Origin: Adineta vaga
Lineage: Eukaryota > Animalia > Rotifera
Length of the DNA stretch: 64,000 nt
Direction: 5' to 3'
Assembly (NCBI GenBank): GCA_021613535.1
Contig: CP075492.1
Coordinates: 7,378,001 to 7,442,000, forward strand
Shown piece after piece: positions 1 through 10,637 of the stretch (positions are counted from its first letter, which is position 1; every line of letters begins with the position of its first letter). A model generated the notes under the pieces. The model was not told the origin of the DNA and ran no database searches. It saw nothing but the letters and a program-made list of their open reading frames with translations. Made by a program: the position numbers and the translations under genes.

Positions 1-1158
1 AAAAGATATTTTTATCTGTGAGAGGTTGTCGAGATGGACAATATGTAGATTGGTTTGAAAAAAAAGAGTAACAATTATGTTCTGAAATTCTATTCTGTAG
101 AATTCTCGGTGATGACTTTTTTTGAGTATTTCTAAGAAATCAGAATTGTTCTGAAAAGTATGATATGTATGTGGGAAGGTGTCTAGAATATATCTAATCA
201 AATACCGAATAAGTATTTTTCCTTACATTTATCGGATTTCTTTTTTTTTATTAATTATTTTCTTGGATTTTATTATCAACATACTTAGAATATTGATGCA
301 CTGATGAGTTTTCATTTATAGAGATAGAAAATTCGAGTAACTGACTCAATCTCAAAGATATGTATGAGAACTGAATTAGTTCTATTTCGCCGCTAATTAA
401 TGTTTTTCTATGTCATTTAAGAATTCTATCAGCTAAATCAGTTATGATCAAAGTCGCGAAGTCAAGGTATAGTTTACGTTTTCAATAAAATAGGCATCGC
501 TGTTTTCATTGAAAGTACATGGAACAGAATGATCTATTTGTCATTAAAGAATAATATTATTATTCATATCAGTTGATTATATGATGCTTTTAATCAGCCG
601 ATAGAATCAACCAAACCAACCAGTATAAAAATGAACACATATTGTTTGAAAAGGGTTAGATAATCATCGAATTCCTTTATTTCAAACACAAATAGACATG
701 TACCGTCGACTTGTTTTAACGTGAATTTATTATTAGCTAATCGATTCATCTTTCTCCATTCGAAGATTTAATTCTTTTGACTACTTGGATAATCTCTATA
801 GTTTAAAAAAATATGACATGAGGAGTCATATGCTAGCGGATTACGTGTTTAAATGAATATTTTAACAAATATGTCTGCTACGATCGTTAATAACACAAAA
901 TATGATCAGTGTTCTCTCTTGATATCATCCGTCGAATGTTTGTCGTATGTTTATTACAAAATAAAAATATATCAATCGATGATGATCGAAACAAACAAGA
1001 CTATTACAAAACATAATGTCTACGTTTAATTTAAGATTCATCAAGGAAAGAAAATGAAGAAATAAGAACAATAACAATAATGACTAGGAATGAAGATAAA
1101 AAAGAGCAGAATGCATCATAATTTTCACAACAAATGAAATACATGAATACATTTAGTA

Positions 1159-1644
1159 TCAGATTGATGATGAGGACGATAGTGGAAGACGACGATCACG
1201 TTCTAAATGATGTTGTAATGATATATACAACTTATGGATCAGTGCCAACTCACCTGTGACCATAACCGCAAGTTTTTCTTGCAGCTTCGATAATTTAACA
1301 ACTTTTCGATCATACACTTCCAGTTGACCATCCGTCATGGGTGTTCCTTGTTTCATAATTTGTTTTACTCCATTGATTTCCAAACGAAGCTCCGCAATAT
1401 TGTTGATAAGAACTTGAATCTAAGAAGAGAAAAACGAGTGTAAGTTTTTGTCTCATTCTAACGAAAGTCTATATAGACTATGTTATCATGCATTAGTGGA
1501 AGCTGTTAGTAAATCAAGCACTAAAAAATATCACTTTACTTGAGTTCGCCTATAATAAATAAATGTTGTCATTACTGTTTCATTTAATTAAACATGTCAA
1601 CAGACTTACAACTGATGTAACGACATATTAGTGTACGCTTCCAT
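1159..1644 (-). CDS. Small orphan helical/coiled-coil protein, copy 1 (~84 aa, 4 exons incl. 10-nt microexon)
   Basis: Exons 1644-1610, 1549-1540, 1419-1254 and 1202-1159 join through GT-AG introns (60, 120, 51 nt) into one frame: MEAYTNMSLHQLRTQIQVLINNIAELRLEING...VMVTERDRRLPLSSSSSI*. Paralogous to 3944-4177. Confidence 0.65.
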
Positions 1645-3943
1645 TTGAATCGAATACTTTAACTTTAAATTCAAGAAGAAAAAAATTAAGTTATTTATGG
1701 ATGGCGATCCATATATATGGTCTGAATTAATTGATGCATTGGACTACTGTTGAATATAGATTTATAAGCCTCGCTTAATAAATACGAGTTAAGTTAAAAC
1801 AAGAATTTAATTTATATTAAATACAAAACTGATGTACAAAATGTTTGCGACACACTTGCTTCTCTATGAAAATTCATATAGATGACGCTAATTGTGTTGT
1901 ATGATTTAATTATGCTTCCACCGTATTCGATCCAATAGCAATTAAAAAATGATCTTTTGTTTGGCTAGGTCTGAACTAATCTGATTCTCTTCTTAATGCA
2001 ACAGACAATCATAAATTGAACAATCGATATTTATAAATGATCGATCAGTTCTACATAGAGTTCAATTAATAGTATATGTACTTATATAAAACTATATTTA
2101 TATAATAATCAAAGTGCGGCTTCATGTACCCAGTAAGTTGAAAAGGAATCAGATTGAAATCATTCAATGCTTCATTCTGAGATCTATCGATTCACACAAG
2201 AATGTATTGACTGGTTTTGCTCTATAATGTATGCCTAGTTTTTCCTATTCATGTTCAGATCTTTCTCTTTACGCGAACTTTATCACATAAAAAACAGAAG
2301 ATGATGTTATTTTCTTTACATGTTTAAGTGATTCAAGTACATCTCAATATACTTGAATTTAAATCTCAATTTCATATTCTTTCCGTTTGCTTTTCTTTGT
2401 ATTTCGGCTCTCTCTCTCTCATTTTTATATAAACTTATATATATTACTGACAAGATATAGTTTTCTCTTGGATATAATTTTAAAAGAATCTTATGTATTG
2501 ATTATGTTTTAATAAAATATTCACAGCTGCAATGAAAACAAAATCTGATAAAAACATTAAAATATTTGTTAACTACAATTGAACGAGACAAGTATACGAT
2601 CTATTCACTTTTTTTTACATTTTACAGGTATACAGATGAGGACCTACTGCAGAAAACTGTGTGCTTATGAACACTTCGTTATATATGCATTTAGTTTCAC
2701 TTCTATGAATATACTATGTGACTAACAATAAAACTCGTATGGTGAAAATGCTAAAGTATTATTCCTTCAAACTTGCTTTCTTTGTTTGTTACTTCGTATT
2801 TTGGTCTCTCGGTTTGTATCTGTTATACGCCACCACAAAGTAAAACGCGATACTCCAGTACTGTCTGATATACTAAACGTTCTCAAACCGTCTTCATCCG
2901 TGCTCTGCCAATCTTGAGAGTGGAGATGTGAGTAAGAGTGGGACGTAAATATGTTTATAGGATCGGATCCACTATTCCATCACAACCTCGATCGCGTCTA
3001 AAAGCAATTAACCGGATAAATAAAAATATTCATTGGATTTTCTCATCTTTAATAGTAATAAATTCATCAAAATATTGAAGCAGTCTCTGCATGAGATTCT
3101 GTCACTTCTTTAAAACTTGATTGAAAACAGTATCTTGAGAGTGCAATCTTCGATGTGGCCAACGAATGAATTCGTTTGTTCATGCACATTTACACCCGCT
3201 CTCATTCAATCACTCTCAGTTATTTTTATCAGACGATTATTTTTATTCCATTTACAAAATATGTTCATTTTTAAATAATCGATCAATATTGATTTCTGAT
3301 AAGATTCTTTTCTTATTCATAATTCACTAGAGAAGAATTTTTGCATCAGAAATCAATATTGTCATAGATCACAGTAAATCTTTTTACATGTATTGCTTAT
3401 TTCAATTCATCAGAAGGTAAATCAAAATAGAGTTTTTTCTTACTTTTACAGTTCACTCTAATTTACCTTTTTTCTTGTATTCAAAACATCTTCCTCTGAA
3501 CGTCTATCAGTGCATGCTAGAAGCGTATTTGAAACATTCGTACATAGGTAACTGATAATTTTCGAATTCATACATGGATATTTCACATTATTGAAGATAT
3601 CTGTAAAATGAATAAATGTTCTCATACAGCGATTTTAGAATTTTTGCCTTGACTACTTTGAATATAAAATGTTATTATCTTCCTCAGCCGATATTATTTC
3701 ATGAATGCTTGTTATGTTTATTGCACCACAGGAAATATCAATAAAAAATGATCAAAAGAAAATAGTCAAACAAGGTCTAATGTCTGTGTTCATAGAAGAT
3801 TCATGGGGAAAAGAAAATCGAGAATTAAGAGGAATGACAAAAATTAGTAGCAGTGAAATGAAAAGAAAATGAGACCAATCATGTTTTTAGCAACAATAAG
3901 ATACATAGAAACATTATGTCTGTATTAAAGATGACTGTTATAG

Positions 3944-4177
3944 CTAAGGATGTCGATCACGTTCTAAATGAAGTACTAACAAATACTACATATACATTAA
4001 TAATGACTCACCTGCTATCACCGCGGTTAGTTGTTCTCTTAGTTCTTCTCGAACAACAAGTTTTTGGTCATAGACATCAAGTTGATCATCCGTCATCGGT
4101 GTTCCTTGTTTGATAAGTTCTCTTATTCCATGGATTTCCGAATCAAGTTCAGCAATATTATTGATAAGAACTTGAAA
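3944..4177 (-). CDS. Small orphan protein, copy 2 (last two exons only; 5' exons not located)
   Basis: Acceptor at 4178, then FQVLINNIAELDSEIHGIRELIKQGTPMTDDQLDVYDQKLVVREELREQLTAVIA, a gtgagt...catttag intron (3964-4011), then ERDRHP*. Same intron position as copy 1. Confidence 0.6.
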
Positions 4178-5638
4178 CTAATAGAAAAGAAAAAGTAATT
4201 AACGTTAGTATTCGTTGGAAAATATGAATAAAGAAGAAATCATTCATATACAGCTATAGGCAAAAAAACTTTACCAAAATGATTTTTTTGAATAGCGATT
4301 TCCTTATCAATAGGATGCAATTGAAAAATCTGCTTTTTTCGAAATATATATTCGTTAGATATGCTGCCAATTCGTCGTTCAAAAGTATGATTTTGTTCCT
4401 TCATTCTAACAGAAGGAAAAGAAAAATTTCTTCAGAACATATTACGAATCAATATGTATGCGATAATAAGCACTTTTATCAAAATTGAGACGCGTGACTC
4501 ATATCATTGAACAGTTTACCAACAATAATCTATCCTAGTTGTTGACGCGAACATCAAGTATCTTCTCGGGATCAATCAGTAAAATATAAAAATATGTTGT
4601 TGAGTATTATTCGTCGTATGGTATTAGACAGTGTATGAAACATTGAAAGTAACATTTATAAACCGATATATTTGCACAACAAGATGTGCAAGTTTTTTTG
4701 ACTACAGTTGTACATTCATAACCTAAATCTGAAGGTAGCGTCTAGTACGTTTTTCTTGCCCTACTATTTAGCGACTACAGAACTAGAGTTCTGTGGTCTA
4801 TTTTATTCATCAAATCATTTTCACATACCATATCGATTGCCATGACTGGATATCAAGTGAATACAAGACAGAATATATACATATATATATATGGACTGTC
4901 AGAATGTTCAGTCCGTCACGACTCTACGAAATGGAAAAATTTTCATCAGTATCGGCTAATCGTTTTCAATTCTGTCGTCCAATTATAATGCATTCTATGG
5001 ATGCCCTGCAACAAATATGATCGGTCAAATTGGGATCAAATCACTAATGGAATCAAATAAATAATTATTTTAGTTGCGAATAAAGAAAACAAATTGATTG
5101 ATAAGATATCTTTCGTTCAGTAAACTGTGAAAAATCCATACAACGAGAACTATAATCTATCATACTCATGAAAACCATGAAATCAGCTATAATAATCATA
5201 TTATTTTGATGTGTCTTGACATCACATTTATAACATATGCAGGTTTGAGTGCGCGGGAATATGATACGTGAATGTCATTATGAGTATGTTGTGTCTATTC
5301 GAGATACACAGCCACACCCTCCAGATGGAACATCGTGTCATTAATCATCGTATGCTAAAAATGGAAGTAAAGCACCGACACAACAAAATTTCATTCGAGG
5401 ATGTATCTTAAAGAGCAGACAGTTATAGCATACATTAAAAACCTATTGCATGAGTAAAAGCATTTTCAAAATATATTCTTTTCAAATATGAAATTAAATG
5501 ATTCGCATTTGTTTAAAAACATTTACATCACATACATATCAAAATATTCGAAAATTAGGGTAAATATAATCCTTTAAATTATTTATGAAGTAGTTTGACC
5601 TTTTCAGCAGTGCAAGTTAAGGAGCCAAATAAGGCATC

Positions 5639-7111
5639 TTAAGGAACAACAACGTCAGCATTCTGTGGAACAATTGTATCATTTGTTTTCTGTTTCATCG
5701 TAAATAGTTTCGTTGGTTGAGTTCTTTGTATGCGTTCCACATCAATCACTCCATGTGCAACATTATCTAAACCACGAGCTTGATCCACTCGACTGATTCG
5801 AATGCCTATTGTCACATGCAACAATAACAGTATTATTCCAGTGCATATAGCAGAGAATCCAACGGTTACAACTATTCCTATCATTTGATATCCGAGTTGA
5901 ACAACATTTCCATACAATGCACCATTTCGACCTTCACGATTAACATCAGTTTGAGAGAATATGCCAGCTAGAATTGTACCAATCAGACCGCCCAAACCGT
6001 GACAGCTGAATACATCGAGAGTATCATCGATGTGAAAGAAATGCTTTTTTCCAAATAAAAATGAATGAATAATGAAACCACCAATGAGACCAGTAAGAAT
6101 TGCATAGCCTGGTTGAATATAACCAGCAGCAGGCGTAACAACTACAAGACCAACAACGGTCGCTGAACAAATGCCAGGAATAGAGACGAAAAAAGAGTTT
6201 TGCCCTCTGAATTTGCCATGAATGATATCGAGAATAATCCAAATGATCATACTAGATGCTGCAGCTACATTTGTATTGAAAATAGCTAGAGCAGTAATGC
6301 CTATTCACGAGAAGTATAGATAATATGGATGTATTTAGAACAAAAATCTTACCATTGGCAACAAGTGCTGATCCACCATTAAATCCCATCCATCCCACCC
6401 ATAACAATCCAGTACCTATGATTGTGAATGGTAAATTAGTTTGTCCTGCATTGACAACATCAGGATCGAATTGTGCACGAGCTCCAAGAATAGAAGCAGC
6501 AACTAGACCTGATGTTCCACTGGATGTGTGAATCACTAAGCCACCAGCAAAATCTATCACACCCATCTGACAAAGCCAACCTTGTTGAGAAAAGATCCAT
6601 CGTGTCAGTGGATCATAACAACATGTTGTCCAAAGCAAGACGAAGATCATATATGGAACTAGTTTCATTCGACCAACGACGGCACCGCTAATCAATGCAG
6701 GCGTAATGATAGCAAATGAACATTGAAAAGCAACAAATGCCAATGATGGAATCGATTGTGGATTGAAATCATGAAGATTGTCACCAAGAAGAGATATGAG
6801 ACTTGCTTTTCGTTGAATGGCATAGTCGAATGAACCGAATGTGGAAGTGCCCGGTCCAAAAGTGAATGAATAACCGATGAGACACCATTGTACAGGAATG
6901 ATAGCCATACAAACAATGGAGAGGAAGAGTTGGTTGAGAAAGTTTTTATTCTCAACGAGACCACCATAGAAACAAGCGAGAGCAGGTGTCATCATGTAGA
7001 CTAAGGCGGTTGATGTTAATATCTAAATGAGGATGTGTATATAGATAGAAGAATGCACAATGAATGCATTATACCCATGCCGTATCACCATGCTGGTGTT
7101 GTGTCGTTCAT
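5639..7111 (-). CDS. amt: Ammonium transporter, AmtB/MEP (Amt2)-type; 3 exons; apparent frameshift in exon 1
   Basis: Motifs GDTAW|ILTSTALVYMMTPALACFYGG, FQCSFAIITPALISGA, DFAGGLVIH, LLWVGWMGFNGGS, DDTLDVFSCHGLGG. Introns 7023-7074 and ~6302-6353. The ATG at 7111 (MNDTTPA) is out of frame with GDTAW by one base. Confidence 0.93.
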
Positions 7112-7607
7112 TCTCTTTGGAAATGATATTGTGCGATAGTTGTCTTTTGTTTTCTATGTTATGTTTCATATTCTTATAGGAAAGTCTTAACAAAGCATGT
7201 AATCCTTTTGCTCTTTTCCTTTTTTACGTTTAATTATAAAAATATTCTAGAGAATATTGTTTTCAAATGAAAGTAGGATTTTGATAATGAACTTTCTAAT
7301 GATAAAGTCAGCTCGTCTTTTAAAATAGAAAAAAAACAATTTTCAGAATCCATTGTATTTATAGATATAGCTTAAATTAAGACATCAGGATGATCAAAAG
7401 TCTTTTCTTGGAGCTAGAAAAATAGAGTGTGACATATTGTTTAAGAGTTCTCTTTAAAGAACATGATTTATATTGTGTATCGGCTGCTTATTTTAAGTGT
7501 CGCATTAGAATACAACATATTTAGATGATGAGATATAACCAGCTGTCATATAAGCATACGATTAAAAATTTCATATCAAAAGAAAAATTTTTCACATAAG
7601 TAAAACT

Positions 7608-7994
7608 ATGCTTCGATTCGGTATTTTAATTGTTTTTTTCGTGGTTTCATTTACTGTTTCTGTACCAAATTGCAAAATATCCTTTTGGGTAAGTCCAAAG
7701 AATGTGACATGTACAACAGCACCAAATGGAACTTATTCATCAATGGTATATAATGGTATATGTACACCATCACCGGATGATCCACGAAGAACTTCTTATC
7801 AACTTTTAGTTGATTTGAAAACAAAAACAGTACACAATTTTACAATTTTTCGAGATACAACTTGTGCTTCCGTCGATGAACTTATGATTATCAAGGAACC
7901 ACTACAGTTAAATACTTGTGGTTCATTATATTATGCAGCTACTGCAACTAGTTTTGTGAAAATAGGTAGTGTGTTTTTTCATTGTAGAAATTAA
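7608..7994 (+). CDS. Secreted 6-Cys small protein (128 aa), paralog A
   Basis: Single-exon ORF with a hydrophobic signal peptide ending ...TVS-VP. Six mature-region Cys align with 8317-8703. AATAAA follows the stop. Confidence 0.8.
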   Translation: MLRFGILIVFFVVSFTVSVPNCKISFWVSPKNVTCTTAPNGTYSSMVYNGICTPSPDDPRRTSYQLLVDLKTKTVHNFTIFRDTTCASVDELMIIKEPLQLNTCGSLYYAATATSFVKIGSVFFHCRN

Positions 7995-8251
7995 CTCTAA
8001 TCAATAACCATCATTCATTTGATGAAATAAATCATAGTTTACTACGTATTGTCTATTCAGAATTTCAGGTCATTTTTCGTATGCTAATAAACGACCTCAA
8101 TGCTTATTTCAAATCTAAATATCGGTAATATAGCGAAAAAGATGCAATCTATACTTTATTCTATTTAATCATAACGATTTTTTATCTTCTGTTTACTATT
8201 ACTCATGAGAAACTTTCTCAGCTGTTAAATATTTAATAAATCGATATGATG

Positions 8252-8277
<26 letters not shown>
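8252..8277. repeat. (AT)n microsatellite
   Basis: Direct reading: atatatatatatatatatatatatat upstream of paralog B. Confidence 0.9.
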
Positions 8278-8282
<5 letters not shown>

Positions 8283-8316
8283 CAATATTTTTATCTAGTT
8301 AATTGCAACTGAAAAA

Positions 8317-8703
8317 ATGTTTTTAATTGGATCCATTCTTCTTGTTTGCTTAACTGCAGTGACATTCTCTGTACCAACATGTAATGTATCACTCTGGTCT
8401 AATTTCAAAGATATGACATGTTCGGGAACACCTAATAGCACTGACATAGCTATGGTTTATAATGGTAACTGCACGATGTTTCCCAATGATCCAAGTTGGA
8501 CAACATACAAATTTCTTTATGATGCTGATACAAAAACCGTTCAAAATTTCCGAGTATATAATTTCAAGAATTGTTTTACAGGAAATGATTTATATTTTGC
8601 CAAAACACCTGCTCCAATAAATGTTTGTGTTCCAGCGTTTTTGGTAATTGGTCCTACTAGTAATGTTCCAATGGGTGGAGTACAATTTGATTGTACGGAT
8701 TAA
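8317..8703 (+). CDS. Secreted 6-Cys small protein (128 aa), paralog B
   Basis: Same length as paralog A. Shared SVPxC, TCxxxPN, MVYNGxCT, PxDP, TKTVxNF and terminal FxC. AATAAA follows the stop. Confidence 0.8.
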   Translation: MFLIGSILLVCLTAVTFSVPTCNVSLWSNFKDMTCSGTPNSTDIAMVYNGNCTMFPNDPSWTTYKFLYDADTKTVQNFRVYNFKNCFTGNDLYFAKTPAPINVCVPAFLVIGPTSNVPMGGVQFDCTD

Positions 8704-8856
8704 CGAACTATGTTTCTTTCTTTCTTTCTTTTTAAAATAAAACTGAGAAAGATAAAAGCAATCATTTTACTTCATAATTTGAACATTACATGATACATAT
8801 GTCAGAGTTCAGTGCAGTATTTTTACATATGAAGGTTTATTTATAAAATCTGTTAT

Positions 8857-9991
8857 TCATATTAACATATTTACAAGTTTTCGTGGTGTAATAGCTGTCG
8901 AGGATGGCGTACAAGTTTCATATAGACACAAATGATCACAATCCTAATTGAAACAAATTAATAATCAAAGAAATAGAAAAACATTGAATGATTCTATTTA
9001 CCTGCCAAAAAAGATTTTTACACAATTGACATTGATAGATCATTTCAGCATAAACTTCTCGAAGACCGTATTGTCTTTTTAATTTAAAATAAACTTTTTT
9101 CCAATCGATATTTTCTAAATCGAAATCTTTTGATTGTCGTTTCATGAAATCAAGAATTTTTTCTCCTAATCGATCAGAATTCTGGGTTTCTTCACCAAAA
9201 TGATACAAACATAATTGTTTCCATATGAATAATTCTTGTGTTAATCGATAAAAATTCGAATTAATCATTCCAATATTAATCAAATCTGTTCCATTATCTA
9301 ATTTCCTTATAACCTCTCGGTGCATTTCAATTGGAAGACAATTGAAAGTTAATTTATTTTGTTCATCAGTTTTTATGCGGATTTGTTTAATAGTTTCTTT
9401 CATACGTGTTAACATTTCAATATGTTGTTGCCATAAAGCCGCCGAACCAATATAATAATAAAACGGATATGCAGATTGTATAGAATTATGAAATTGTGTA
9501 ACTAATCGTTGCATCAATGAGATATTATCCCCAGTGGTAAGAACTGAAATGTCAAGAGAATATACGTATATCAATCAAAGATAGATTCATTACATACCCA
9601 TCTTAATCATTCGATCAATAATTTGAAATAACGAACGTTGTGCATTTCCGCTTAGTTCGCCGAGTTTTTCTTCGAATAGAATTTGTACAACCTAGGAATA
9701 TAGACAAATATCATACTGAGCACAAGATAGTAAATATCTTACTTTTGCGATATAATTAAATCGTCGAGTATTATTAACTGAATTAACAATATCGAGTGCA
9801 TTGAATATATCGGACAGACTGCAATTATAATTTGATGACTAAATATTCAAAATTCGATTCAAATAGAAGATCATGAACGAATACCTTACCGGATTCGTAA
9901 ATGAAGTTTGTCGTGATCGTTCCCAAGAACCTACTTCACTTTTCGTCCATTGTTCACCACTAGCTCGCCAATCTCGTCCGATAAATGGCAT
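8857..9991 (-). CDS. FBXO32: F-box only protein 32/25 (atrogin-1 family)
   Basis: N-terminus MPFIGRDWRASGEQWTK (atrogin MPFLGQDWRSPG), INNTRRFNYIAK, LSGNAQRSLFQI, F-box LTFNCLPIEM...IWKQLCLYHF, and C-terminal CQLCKNLFW...HLC...ITPRKLVNML. Multiple GT-AG introns. Confidence 0.9.
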
Positions 9992-10637
9992 GATATTTAC
10001 AATTAAACGACACAGTGAGATTTCCCAAGATTACTTATTCTTTTCTTTTTCACACGTTTAGAATTTGTATGTGATATATCTGTACATGAATGCTTGCACT
10101 TATATAAGAATTTCGGGGAGCGAGAAAGAGAGAAGGAAAAGAAAAGCACGATTGCTCTGCCTAATGTACTCACGAGTTTTACTCGTGCTTTTGGCCATAT
10201 GATCGACGTCATTTATATCTTATACAGAACAGAAAAGACATAAAGCAACAAATACGTTGGAAAGAGTTCTCTATTTTTCATGTCAGACGATAACTACATC
10301 ACATGCTCTGTGTATATAAGTACATGTGACACATAAAGATAATTCGCAATTATATTATTAGAGATAGATCTGGAACTTCATTCAAGAATTGTTTCATTTC
10401 TTTTGTTATAGAAGAAAAAAGAAAATCTATTCTCTTACTGATGACAGATTGAATCATTTAATGATTATTCTGTACATAGTATGACGTAGTTTCTATCATA
10501 GTACATATACTTCTTTCTGAGATTTATTAATTTAGTTTCTTATCCACATTTATACTCTTAAAATGTGCAAGCAAGATGAAAATACATATGTTAGTATATA
10601 GTAAAGATAAAGAAAATATAATCAGATACAGTTCTAA

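Noticed and set aside
3916-4113. Plus-strand 65-aa ORF
   Set aside because: It is the antisense shadow of the spliced minus-strand paralog; the homology and splice sites are on the minus strand.
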